Counted from the stretch's first letter, positions 1-8,955 are shown. The stretch: 54,213 nt of DNA from Thermoplasmata archaeon (GCA_030037955.1 JASHPT010000082.1:1-54213); one strand, 5' to 3'. The notes: generated by a model not told the origin, from the sequence alone. Program-made: numbers and translations.

Positions 1-696
1 GGCCGGGCACGGACAGGCTCCGTGGGCCCGCGCGGCGTCGGCACTGACCGAGCCAAGGGTCGCGTCCAGGTAGGTTCCTCGCGCCGCGGCCCAACGGCCC
101 TCGGTCGTGTCGACGAGGTCCACGCCAAGCCACGCCAGCAGGCTCAGCCGATGGGGCAACGCCACCCGAGGCGCCCACACGAGCGGGTAGCCGCCCAACC
201 GTCCCCGAAGGTCGGTGAGCGTCTGCACCAGCGGCTCGCCGTCCTGCCACAGCGCCCGCGCATTGCCGAGGATCACGAGGTCCGGCCGTTCTGCCCGGAG
301 GCCGGTCCACTGGACCTCTGACAGAGGGCCGTGGACATAGGCCACGCCGGGATCGATTCGGAGCCAGAGTCCCGACGTTCCGGTGATCTCCGGCGTGGGC
401 ACCGGAAATTCCAGGCGAAGCTGCGCGGAGCCTTGCCGTAGCAGGAGTTCCCGCCGGCCCGCGGGCACGGCTCCGCCGGCCCGCAGCTCGACGCCACCGT
501 CCGGTACCGGCTCGGTCGGACCGGGATCCTCCGGCCGAGCCCAGAGCAGAGCCGGCGACTCGAAACGCAGCGAGCCCAGCTGGACGGTCCCGGGAAGGAG
601 GGCTCCGGTGCCGGGCAGCAGCGAGCGATGCACGGCCGACCCCGGCCTCGGTTCGGGCGGAGACACGGCCGGATCCCGGGCCTGGGGCCCCGTCAC
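1..696 (-). CDS. tRNA-guanine transglycosylase-family protein, short ArcS/TgtA2-like form; 3' end runs off the window
   Basis: My own minus-strand translation; it is absent from the ORF track because there is no stop in the window. Sequence: ...LGSLRFESPALLW...PLVWAPRVALPHRLSLLAWLGVDLVDTTEGRW...AHGACPCPA. The GVDLxD patch and CxCxxC zinc motif are TGT hallmarks. The GTG at 696 overlaps the upstream TGA (GTGA). Confidence 0.55.
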   Translation of the reverse strand, partial: MTGPQARDPAVSPPEPRPGSAVHRSLLPGTGALLPGTVQLGSLRFESPALLWARPEDPGPTEPVPDGGVELRAGGAVPAGRRELLLRQGSAQLRLEFPVPTPEITGTSGLWLRIDPGVAYVHGPLSEVQWTGLRAERPDLVILGNARALWQDGEPLVQTLTDLRGRLGGYPLVWAPRVALPHRLSLLAWLGVDLVDTTEGRWAAARGTYLDATLGSVSADAARAHGACPCPA

Positions 697-1088
697 TCCG
701 CGCTTCGGCTAGCCGAGGGCCGACGCGCCCGACGGGTCGGCGCGGTGTCCGAGGGAAAGAACCCGGCCCAGGTCGAGATGAGCGCCTCGCGTCGCTCGGC
801 CCCGGCCTCCGAGCGGCCGCGCTTGCCGATCAGCGGGTCGTGGGTCTCCCGGACCTCGTGGAGGAAGGCCGCCGGATTTTCGCTCGCCCGTTCGAAGCCG
901 TAGAGGATGAGCTGGCGGAGGAAGCTCGAGCGTCCTCTCCACCCGATGCGCCGGCGCACGATCGGGTTGAGATGGCGCTTGGCCAGCCGCCAGACCTCGT
1001 TCGTCGTCTTGTAGTCTCGCGCCGAGAGGCCGATCATCACCTGAGGCATGCGCGGCACGAGCCGGTGCCGGGTTATGGCGGTTGTCAC
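693..1088 (-). CDS. hypothetical protein, no family recognised
   Basis: 131-aa ORF with balanced composition (K/N/Y/F/I present), unlike the surrounding Arg/Pro/Gly shadow ORFs. GTG start. Its TGA overlaps the GTG of the downstream TGT-like gene. Confidence 0.4.
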   Translation of the reverse strand: MTTAITRHRLVPRMPQVMIGLSARDYKTTNEVWRLAKRHLNPIVRRRIGWRGRSSFLRQLILYGFERASENPAAFLHEVRETHDPLIGKRGRSEAGAERREALISTWAGFFPSDTAPTRRARRPSASRSAE

Positions 1089-1157
1089 CGCCAGGCGTGG
1101 AGAGCGGTCGAACCTGCGAGCACCGCGCGTGCAACCAAGTATCCGGTGCTCGGAATC

Positions 1158-2039
1158 TTAGAATCGAAGCCCCGGAAGCGCCAGGGCGGCGACCACACCG
1201 ACCAGAAAGATCATCGCCAGGACGAAGTGCCGCTGGAATGGCGCCCGAACGTGGTCCAGCTCCCGGGGAAGCGAGAGGTCGGACGCGACCACGACGACTG
1301 CCATCGCGCCCCAGGCTATCCAGTAGGGCAGGTTGAAATGCTCGAGGAGGCCGAAGAGTGCGAACAGGCCGAGAGCGACGGCGTGACACCCCGCGACGAG
1401 GAGAACGCTGCGCTCGCGTCCAAGCCGACGGGGCAAGGAGTACAGACCGAGGGTCTCGTCCGTCGCCAGGTCGCCCAGGCTGTGGATCGTTTCGAAGGCC
1501 GTTCCCCACGCGAGGATGGCGAAGACCGCCACCACGGCGGCGAGCGGCAGCGTCCCGGTGACTGCGATGAAGACCCCGGCGGGAACCAGCGCCTCGACGA
1601 GCCCGAGGAACACCGTCGTGAACGACGTGAAACGCTTCGTGTAGCTGTACCCGAAGATCAGCGCGAGAGCGACCGGGGAGAGCTCGAACGAGAGCGGGTT
1701 CAGGAAGTACGCGGCGGCGATGAGCAGGGCGGAGCTCAGGACCGTGAGTGTGAGGGCCATCGCCGGTGTCATCCGACCCGTGACGAGTGCCCGTTGCTGA
1801 GTCCGCGGGTTCCGGGCATCGAGGAACCGGTCGCTCCACCGGTTGAACGAGTGCCCGGCGTTCCGGGCGGCGATCAGCGCGATGACGACCAGCGCGAGGG
1901 TCTGCCACCGGGGGAGGCCCTGCGACGCCGCGAGCAGGAAGGCGAGGCCGAACGGGAGGTTCAGGCCGAGATTCTGGATCTCGAGGAATCGGCCGAGCTC
2001 TTGGGCCCACCCGGTCGGCGGAGCCGCGGGTGCGTTCAC
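1158..2039 (-). CDS. ubiA: UbiA-family aromatic prenyltransferase
   Basis: C-terminal 293 aa of track ORF 1158..3137. Polytopic membrane protein with UbiA-type motifs NAGHSFNRWSDRFLDARNPRTQQRAL and GDLATDETLGLYSLP. The GTG at 2039 overlaps the ubiD TGA (GTGA). The upstream part of the track ORF is a shadow of ubiD. Confidence 0.85.
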   Translation of the reverse strand: MNAPAAPPTGWAQELGRFLEIQNLGLNLPFGLAFLLAASQGLPRWQTLALVVIALIAARNAGHSFNRWSDRFLDARNPRTQQRALVTGRMTPAMALTLTVLSSALLIAAAYFLNPLSFELSPVALALIFGYSYTKRFTSFTTVFLGLVEALVPAGVFIAVTGTLPLAAVVAVFAILAWGTAFETIHSLGDLATDETLGLYSLPRRLGRERSVLLVAGCHAVALGLFALFGLLEHFNLPYWIAWGAMAVVVVASDLSLPRELDHVRAPFQRHFVLAMIFLVGVVAALALPGLRF

Positions 2040-3517
2040 GACGCTCGCGCGTCCCGGAGGAACGCCAGGGCCGGAGCCCGGGCCACGAGTTGGTCGATCC
2101 GGGCGACCACCGCCGGATCCATCCGGATCTCCTCCGGCCAGGGTCGCGGGAAGTTCTCGTCCGGGCGCTTCCGCGTAGCGTCGATGCCGACCTTCCCTCC
2201 CAGGTTCGGGACGGGGTTCGAGATCGACAGCTGGTCCACCGGCCCGTGGACCAGCTCCAGGTCCCGCTCCGGGTCGGCCTGCAGCCCGACCCGATAGAGG
2301 ACCTCGGAGCGGTCGTGAACGTTGACGTCCTCGTCGACCACGATGATGTACCGCGTGAACATCATCTGGCCCAGGCCCCACAGTGCGTGCATCACCTTGC
2401 GGGCATGGTACGGGTAGGCCTTCCGGATGGAAACGACGGCGACGTTGATGAACAGGCCCTCGGCCGGAAGGTCCATGTCGACGATCTCGGGGAGGACCAG
2501 GCGCACGACCGGGAGGAAGAGACGCTCCACCGCCTTCCCGAGGACGGAGTCCTCGGTCGGAGGCTTTCCCGTGACGGTCCCGAGATACACCGGCTGGCGT
2601 CGTGTCGTGACGTGCGTGACGTGGAAGACCGGGAACGGTTCCGGGGCCGAGTAGTATCCCGTGTGGTCCCCGAAGGGTCCCTCCACGTGCCGCTCGGTGG
2701 GATCGACGTAGCCCTCGAGAACGATCTCCGCCTGCGCGGGCACCTCCAGCGGGACCGTCCGGCACCGGACCAGTTCGAGCGGTTCCTCCCGGAGGAATCC
2801 TGCGAAGACGAAGTTGGAGAGTCCTTCGGGGACGGGCGCTAGGCCGGCCAGCACGGTCGCCGGGTCGGCCCCGACGACGGCCGCTACGGGCATGCGTTCT
2901 CCCCGGGCGCTCCACTTGCGGTAGTTGTTGGCGCCGACGCGATGGACCTGGAAGTGCATGCCCAGGGTATCGGGCCCGTACTGCTGCAGCCGGTAGATCC
3001 CGGTGTGGCTTTCGCCCGTCTCCGGGTCCTGCGCTACGACGATCGGGAACGTGACGGTCCGGCCCCCGTCTCCCGGCCAGCACCGAAGGATCGGGAACGC
3101 ATCGAGATTGACCTGCGAGGTCTCCGTCTCCTGACATGGCGCGCTCGACACCCGTTTCGGGGCGAGCGTGCGAAGGGTGTCCAGCGTCTGGAGGGTCCCG
3201 CCCAGGTCCTTCAACGCGCCGACCACTCCCGCCGGCGGGCGGAGCCGGACCAGTCGGGAGATCCGGTCCATCGGGCCGTCGATCGTCTCGGCACCCAGGG
3301 CACGGGCAATCCGCCGGGGAGAACCGAGGACGTTCATCGCCACCGGCATCGAGCTGCCCGTGACGGATTCGAACAGCAGGGCGGGGCCATCCTTCCGGAT
3401 CGTTCGCTGCGTGATCTCGGTGATCTCGAGGTCCCGGCTCACCGGCTCGCGGACCCGGACCAGGTCCCCCTGAGACTCCAGGGCGGCGAGGAAGTCTCCC
3501 AGCGATCGGAAGCCCAT
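2036..3517 (-). CDS. ubiD: UbiD-family (prFMN-dependent) decarboxylase
   Basis: 493 aa. N-terminus MGFRSLGDFLAALESQGDLVRVREPVSRDLEITEI... and full-length UbiD-like architecture. TATA-like TTATTTAA lies about 28 nt upstream of the ATG. Confidence 0.9.
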   Translation of the reverse strand: MGFRSLGDFLAALESQGDLVRVREPVSRDLEITEITQRTIRKDGPALLFESVTGSSMPVAMNVLGSPRRIARALGAETIDGPMDRISRLVRLRPPAGVVGALKDLGGTLQTLDTLRTLAPKRVSSAPCQETETSQVNLDAFPILRCWPGDGGRTVTFPIVVAQDPETGESHTGIYRLQQYGPDTLGMHFQVHRVGANNYRKWSARGERMPVAAVVGADPATVLAGLAPVPEGLSNFVFAGFLREEPLELVRCRTVPLEVPAQAEIVLEGYVDPTERHVEGPFGDHTGYYSAPEPFPVFHVTHVTTRRQPVYLGTVTGKPPTEDSVLGKAVERLFLPVVRLVLPEIVDMDLPAEGLFINVAVVSIRKAYPYHARKVMHALWGLGQMMFTRYIIVVDEDVNVHDRSEVLYRVGLQADPERDLELVHGPVDQLSISNPVPNLGGKVGIDATRKRPDENFPRPWPEEIRMDPAVVARIDQLVARAPALAFLRDARAS

Positions 3518-3540
3518 CGGAGGGCGCCCAGCGCGGGACG

Positions 3541-3548
3541 TTATTTAA
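3541..3548. promoter_or_regulatory. TATA-like box in the ubiD / HTH_10 divergent region
   Basis: TTATTTAA is centred about 28 nt upstream of the ubiD ATG (3517) on the minus strand. Confidence 0.45.
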
Positions 3549-3619
3549 CCGAGGACGAGCTCAGCCTCCCGAGCCGGGGTTCATATGGGAACCTCGTTGC
3601 TGTGGCTACCGGATCGCGG

Positions 3620-4357
3620 ATGAAGACGATCTCGTTCGAGTTCCGTACCGCGGACCTGGAGGCGATCGGTCTCATCCCCCGCGGGTTTTTCTCCCGGTAC
3701 GAGGAGGTGGAGCTCCTCGAGACCCTGCGGCTCGAGCGCGGCTGGCGCCTCCAGCTGCTCCGGGTCCGGCGGCGGGGCCCGCTGCGGACGGCAGTGGAGC
3801 TGGCCCGGGAGTCCCAGCGCATCCGGCGGATGTACGGTCTCGAGGAGCTCGAGCTGGTCGAGCGCCGTCCCCGGACCCGGGACTACATCCTGCTCGTTCG
3901 CCAGCGGAACCCGGCGGAGATCGCTCGACTGTTGACCGTGGCCGGCGGCGAGATCACGCCGGTCGCCCCGTTCCGCGCCGATCCCGAGCACACGGTCGCG
4001 ACCTTCTACGGCGACGAGACCGCCCTGCGCCGCGTCGTCAGTCGTCTCGGTCGGGACGGGATGCCGTTCCAAGTGCTCCGCACGTCGGGACGGCCCTACT
4101 GGGGGCCGACCGGCTCGGATGAGCTCACGGAACGCCAGCGGAGCATCCTGTCCCGGGCCTGGGCCCTGGGCTACTACTCGGTGCCCCGACGGACCTCGCT
4201 CACCCGACTCGCGAAGGTCACCGGTCAGAGCCCTCCCGCTCTCAGCAAGATGCTCCGACGGGCGGAGGGGCGTCTGGTCGCCCGGTTCCTGTCGACGACC
4301 GAGGCGCCGACCGGAGAGGGGATCCCCGCCTCCTCGGGCGATCGGGCCGACGGCTAG
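3620..4357 (+). CDS. HTH_10 (Bat-like) family transcriptional regulator
   Basis: In-frame ATG inside track ORF 2942..4357. C-terminal motif LTERQRSILSRAWALGYYSVPRRTSLTRLAKVTGQSPPALSKMLRRAEGRL is a typical archaeal HTH_10 domain. Confidence 0.75.
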   Translation: MKTISFEFRTADLEAIGLIPRGFFSRYEEVELLETLRLERGWRLQLLRVRRRGPLRTAVELARESQRIRRMYGLEELELVERRPRTRDYILLVRQRNPAEIARLLTVAGGEITPVAPFRADPEHTVATFYGDETALRRVVSRLGRDGMPFQVLRTSGRPYWGPTGSDELTERQRSILSRAWALGYYSVPRRTSLTRLAKVTGQSPPALSKMLRRAEGRLVARFLSTTEAPTGEGIPASSGDRADG

Positions 4358-5205
4358 GCCAGCGGCCGGAGCGCCCGCCGCACCAGGAGGATGGCGATCG
4401 TCCCCAGGACCGCGAACCAGGCGAACAGGCCGAGCAGGTAGATGTCCGGCGGGTACGGATACGCCGACGCTCCGTAGAGGGTCTCCCGAAGGACGTTGAC
4501 CGCCAGCGAGACCGGGTTGTACTGCGAGGCCGACTGGAGCCACTTCGGCATGGCGCCCCAGGGATACAGGGCGTCCGAGGTCAGCAACACGGGGAGGTTG
4601 ACCACGTTCACCAGGGCGAAGTACGTCTGGGGCTGCTCGAACAGGATCCCGAAGGTGAGGAAGATCGTCGCGAAGAGGAGGGAGATCAGGAGGACCGCGA
4701 CCAGGATCTCGAGCGCGCCGACGACGCCGACGGACGCGGTGACCTGCATGCCGGTGAGACCCGGCACGTGGGCGAACAGGATCGCCAGGCCCAGGACGAA
4801 GAACGCGAGGAGCACCGGCTGCGCCGAGCCCGCGATGAGGCGCGACCCGAAGACGGCGGCCGATGGCGCGGGCGTCCCCCGGGTCCGCTTGAAGATCCCG
4901 AACAGCTTGTCGAAGATCACGTTCGCGCCGATGAAGAGCGTCGCGGTCACGGAGACGAAGCCGACCATGCCGGCGGCGAAGTACGAGTAGTAGCTCGGAG
5001 CGCCGCGGAAGTACGCGTGGATCACGGCCAGCTTGACCGCCTCCGGCGTGCCGGCGGGCAGGAACTCGGCCGGGTTGATGTTGAAGCCCTGTCCGAAGAG
5101 CAGCAGGTACAGCAGGGGCAGGAGCAGGGAGGTGAAGATCGCCTGCGGGTTCCGCGAGATCTTCAGGAACTCGCGCCGCGTGAGGGCGCTGAGCTCGCGC
5201 AGCAT
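4354..5205 (-). CDS. ABC-2 type transporter permease
   Basis: 283 aa with about 6 TM segments. ATGA overlap with the upstream ATPase gene. Shares a palindromic CTAG stop with the convergent regulator gene. Confidence 0.85.
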   Translation of the reverse strand: MLRELSALTRREFLKISRNPQAIFTSLLLPLLYLLLFGQGFNINPAEFLPAGTPEAVKLAVIHAYFRGAPSYYSYFAAGMVGFVSVTATLFIGANVIFDKLFGIFKRTRGTPAPSAAVFGSRLIAGSAQPVLLAFFVLGLAILFAHVPGLTGMQVTASVGVVGALEILVAVLLISLLFATIFLTFGILFEQPQTYFALVNVVNLPVLLTSDALYPWGAMPKWLQSASQYNPVSLAVNVLRETLYGASAYPYPPDIYLLGLFAWFAVLGTIAILLVRRALRPLA

Positions 5206-6227
5206 CAGCGCCGCCCCCCGAGCCGGCCCTGAACGCGCTGGAGCATGACCGCTCGGTCGGTGGCGGTGAGACCCTCGCCCTCCTCCCGGTACTCGCGGCC
5301 CGTGAACTCGAGGAACACCTCGTCCAGGCTGGGCCGCTTCACGGTGACGCCCGTGACTCCGACGCCGGCCCGCGTGCAGGCCTCGACGGCGAGGGGCACG
5401 AACGGCTCACCGCTCTGGCACTTGACCCGGTAGCTGCTGTCCTGTTTCTGGACGGAGTTGACGCCGGGAAGTCCCGTGATGAGCGCCGTGAGGTCGCTTG
5501 CGCCCGGCGTCGTCTTGAGCGTGACGATATCGCCGCCGAGCCGGTCCTTGAGCTCGTTCGCGCTGCCCGTCGCCACGATGTTCCCGTGGTCGATGATCGC
5601 GATCCGGTCGCACATCGTGTCGGCCTCGTCGAGGTAGTGGGTCGTGACGAACACGGTGAGACCCTGCTCGGCACGCAACTTCTGGATGAACGACCAGAAG
5701 CCGGCACGCCCCTGAGGGTCCAGTCCCAGCGTGGGCTCGTCCAGGAAGAGGACCTTCGGCTGGTGGACCAGACCGACGGCGAGTTCGAGGCGTCGGCGCA
5801 TGCCGCCGGAATACGTCTTGACGAGCCGGTCCGCAGCGTCCCGGAGCTGCATGAGGTCGATCAGGCTCTCGGAGCGTCGGCGGGCCTCGGCCGCGGGGAT
5901 GTTGTAGCACCCGGCGGCGACCTCGAGATTCTCGCGGCCCGTGAGGTCCTGGTCGGCGGTCGATTCCTGGAAGATCACACCGATCCGCCGCTTGACACCC
6001 TCGGGATCGACACTGACATCGAGCCCCTGGACCACCGCTCGGCCCTGGGTGGGCGCGAGACTGGCGGACAGCATGGAGACTGTCGTCGTCTTGCCGGCTC
6101 CGTTGGGTCCGAGGAATCCGAAGATCTCCCCGGGTCGTACATCGAAGCTGACGCCGTCGACCGCCTTGACCTTCCCATTGTAGACTTTGACCAGACCCTC
6201 GGCGTGAATGACTCCTTGTTCTTGCAT
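5205..6227 (-). CDS. ABC transporter ATP-binding protein (DrrA-like)
   Basis: Walker A GPNGAGKTT, signature YSGGMRRRLELA, Walker B LFLDEPTLGLD. Confidence 0.9.
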   Translation of the reverse strand: MQEQGVIHAEGLVKVYNGKVKAVDGVSFDVRPGEIFGFLGPNGAGKTTTVSMLSASLAPTQGRAVVQGLDVSVDPEGVKRRIGVIFQESTADQDLTGRENLEVAAGCYNIPAAEARRRSESLIDLMQLRDAADRLVKTYSGGMRRRLELAVGLVHQPKVLFLDEPTLGLDPQGRAGFWSFIQKLRAEQGLTVFVTTHYLDEADTMCDRIAIIDHGNIVATGSANELKDRLGGDIVTLKTTPGASDLTALITGLPGVNSVQKQDSSYRVKCQSGEPFVPLAVEACTRAGVGVTGVTVKRPSLDEVFLEFTGREYREEGEGLTATDRAVMLQRVQGRLGGRR

Positions 6228-6237
6228 GGGCTTTCCC

Positions 6238-6648
6238 TCAGTTCCTCATCTTTCGTAGTCGGTCGGCCACGGCGTCGAGGTCTTGCTGGACCGGGTCCGT
6301 GGCATGGGGCTGGCTCCGCCGGAGGTCCTCCAGATACGCGGTGAGACCCGAGAGTTCCTGGGCGATCTCCTGGGGCGTCCGGGGTCCCCCACCCATCCGC
6401 CAGCCGTGGCTCCACGGATCCTCGGTCGTCGCCGATGGCGTGAGCTCGTATCGGCTGTCGTCCCTCTTCCGGAGGGTGCCGTCCTTGACCATCTCATCCA
6501 GCAGCGGATACACGGAGCCGGGCGACGGTCGCCACCAGCCGTGCGTCATGACCTCCATGTCATCCATGATCTCCGCCCCGTTCCGCGGCTGCCGGCGCAG
6601 GATGATGATGACCCAGTGCCGAAGTCCGCGCTTCTTGCGACCCCACAT
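6238..6648 (-). CDS. PadR family transcriptional regulator
   Basis: LRHWVIIILRRQPRNGAEIMDDME...SPGSVYPLLDEMVKDGTLRK is a PadR winged-helix pattern. It lies first in an operon with the ABC-2 exporter. Confidence 0.85.
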   Translation of the reverse strand: MWGRKKRGLRHWVIIILRRQPRNGAEIMDDMEVMTHGWWRPSPGSVYPLLDEMVKDGTLRKRDDSRYELTPSATTEDPWSHGWRMGGGPRTPQEIAQELSGLTAYLEDLRRSQPHATDPVQQDLDAVADRLRKMRN

Positions 6649-6850
6649 GGCTCGAATTATCGATATCGGAATTTCGACTCCTATATTAGAACTTAGGGCA
6701 CTCGCCGTGAGTGCCAGGGGCTAGCGCGTCCGCGATCCTCCGCCGTGGCTCGGTTCACCGGGCGCACGGCCCGTTCCCTGGTGCGGAGAGCGGTTCCACC
6801 GCGCTCGCCGCGCCCGTGGCGTTAAGTTGACCGTCTGTTGGACCCGAACC

Positions 6851-7348
6851 ATGGCGAGAGCCGCAGGTCGGACGAAATCCGGCTCGGACCGGCGTCCGCG
6901 GGCCGCCCGGATCCGGGTCCGAGCAGTTCTCGCAGAACCGGTGTCGGGGATCGGCCATCCGCCGTTGCCGAGGAAGGCGACGACCGGCTCCGCCTGTTTC
7001 GACATCCATGCCGCCGAGGCGACAACGCTTCGCTCGGGCCAGGTGACCCTCGTCCGAACCGGTCTGCGGCTCCGCGCCCCGGCCGGCACCTTCCTCGAGG
7101 TCCGGCCCCGCAGTGGGCTCAGCAGCCGAGGGGTACTCATGGTGAACGCTCCCGGGACGATCGACCGGGACTATGCGGGCGAGGTCAAGGTACCGTTGAC
7201 GTTCCTGTTCCCCGGCGAATACGAGATCCAGGTCGGCGACCGGATCGGACAGGTGCGCGTGGTCAAGGAATACCCGACGCGGTTCGAAGCGGGAGAGGTC
7301 CGGCCGACGGCCGACCGCCACGGCGGCTTCGGCAGTACCGGTCGCTGA
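6851..7348 (+). CDS. dut: dUTP diphosphatase (trimeric dUTPase)
   Basis: TTGSACFDIHA, GTIDRDYAGEV, GDRIGQV and C-terminal GGFGSTGR dUTPase motifs. The start could instead be 6827. Confidence 0.8.
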   Translation: MARAAGRTKSGSDRRPRAARIRVRAVLAEPVSGIGHPPLPRKATTGSACFDIHAAEATTLRSGQVTLVRTGLRLRAPAGTFLEVRPRSGLSSRGVLMVNAPGTIDRDYAGEVKVPLTFLFPGEYEIQVGDRIGQVRVVKEYPTRFEAGEVRPTADRHGGFGSTGR

Positions 7349-7362
7349 CGACCAGCCCGGCG

Positions 7363-8955
7363 CTAGAACTCTTCGAGCATCCGCTGCACCTGCGGCGGCA
7401 TGGGAGGCGCAATGGGGCCCTTCCGAGCCTGGCCCTCGACCTTCTCGAGCATTTCGTGCATCCGCTGCTCCTTGCGCCGAGCCGCGAGGAAGGTCCCCAC
7501 GTCCCGCGTCCCCGCGGTGATGAGGACGACCACCCGTCCGGTTCGGAATCGCCCCGTACGTCCGCGTCGCTGGATCGTACGCACCTCGTCGGGCACCGGT
7601 TCGTAGAACACGACGAGGTCCGTGGACGGGATGTCGAGGCCCTCCTCTCCCACCGAGGTGGCCACCAGACAGTTCACCTCGCCGTCGCGAAATCGGTCGA
7701 GGAGTTCCACCTGTTCCTTCTGGGAAAGTCCCGTGTCCGTGCCGTGGCTCGCCTGGCCGACGAACCGGGCGGCACGCACCCGACTCTCCGGGTCCTTAGC
7801 GAACTCGGAGACCAGTGCATCGGCCGTCTGCCGATAGTGGGCGAACAGGATCACCCGGGCCGAAGGATGCTGCTCGATCTCCTCTCGCACGATCCGCACG
7901 GCGGTCGCCAGCTTCGGATGCTCCAGGTCGAGCGTCGCGAGCTTGCGCTGCAGCTCGACGATGTCGGGGTCGTTCAAGAACGCCCGATCCGACTGCCGGG
8001 GTCGGCCGTTCTTCGCCGTCCGGCCGCTCAGGTACTTTCGGAGCGCCTCGACGCCCTGCGTCTCCGCCAGCTCGAGGCCGTGGAGCGCCTTCATCGCCAC
8101 GGCCTGCGCCGTCACGGACTGCCAGAGCCGGCCGTCCGCGGCCTCTCCCCGACGGCGGGCCAGGTCGATCTCGCGGCGAAGCGTGAACCCGACCGCGAGA
8201 AGCTCTCGCCGTCCCGCGTCCTGATGCGGGAAGTGACCGAGCCGATGCAGCGTTTCCGTCTGTTTCTGCACGACCGCTCTCAGGTAGGTGGCCAGCTGCC
8301 GCACCTCGGGGGGCAGGGGGACCTCGACGCGCTCCACCTCGGTCGAGTGGGTGTAGGGGACGACGTCCCGGTCCGTCGCGCTGCGGAGCTCGAAGTGCTC
8401 GATGCCGAGGTTCGCCCAGACCGCCTGGATCCGCTCGATCCTCGAGCCGGGGGATGCCGTCATCGCGAGGACCCGTGCGTTCGTGGCCTTGAGCGCAGCG
8501 CCGACGGCCACGTACGGGTAGTCGCCCACGGCCCGGTGGGCTTCGTCGAAGATCACTAGGGAGAACGTCGACAGCGGAAACGTACCCTGGGCGAGGTCGT
8601 TGGCGACGACCTGCGGCGTGGCCACGACGACCTGGGGAGGGGACAGGAGTACCTGTCGCCGCTCGGGAGAGATCTCTCCCGTGAGCACGAGGGGAGGCGG
8701 GCAGAACAGCGTGGTCTCCACGCTCCGGGCGTGCTGGGCCACCAGCGGGCGAGTCGGAGCCATCAGGAGAACCGACCGTGTGGGCTCGCGGAGCAGGTAG
8801 TCCGCGGCTACCCGTAGGGCAATGGCGGTCTTTCCGAGCCCGGTCGGGAGCACTACGAGCGTGTTGGCTCGAAGCGCCGCTTCGGCGATGGTGGACTGGT
8901 ACTCCCGGTCCTCGAGCACGTCCGGCCGGATGCGGGGATGAGAGACGGTCGCCAT
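7363..8955 (-). CDS. hef: Hef/FANCM-like superfamily 2 helicase (helicase module only)
   Basis: EDREYQSTIA, LPTGLGKT (motif I), FDEAH (motif II), TASPG, QRRGRTGR (motif VI). 530 aa with no ERCC4 nuclease domain. Confidence 0.85.
   Translation of the reverse strand: MATVSHPRIRPDVLEDREYQSTIAEAALRANTLVVLPTGLGKTAIALRVAADYLLREPTRSVLLMAPTRPLVAQHARSVETTLFCPPPLVLTGEISPERRQVLLSPPQVVVATPQVVANDLAQGTFPLSTFSLVIFDEAHRAVGDYPYVAVGAALKATNARVLAMTASPGSRIERIQAVWANLGIEHFELRSATDRDVVPYTHSTEVERVEVPLPPEVRQLATYLRAVVQKQTETLHRLGHFPHQDAGRRELLAVGFTLRREIDLARRRGEAADGRLWQSVTAQAVAMKALHGLELAETQGVEALRKYLSGRTAKNGRPRQSDRAFLNDPDIVELQRKLATLDLEHPKLATAVRIVREEIEQHPSARVILFAHYRQTADALVSEFAKDPESRVRAARFVGQASHGTDTGLSQKEQVELLDRFRDGEVNCLVATSVGEEGLDIPSTDLVVFYEPVPDEVRTIQRRGRTGRFRTGRVVVLITAGTRDVGTFLAARRKEQRMHEMLEKVEGQARKGPIAPPMPPQVQRMLEEF

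Noticed and set aside
709-2297. ORFs 709..2010 (-) and 840..2297 (+), 433-485 aa
   Set aside because: They overlap the motif-supported ubiA and ubiD genes in other frames. Their extreme R/P/G/E composition marks them as shadow ORFs.
6697-6715. Hairpin GGCACTC-GCCGT-GAGTGCC, plus overlapping palindromes TATCGATA/CGATATCG (6658-6669), in the padR-dut spacer
   Set aside because: They are plausible PadR operators or a terminator, but they are short and there is no supporting repeat elsewhere in the window. This is too weak to call.
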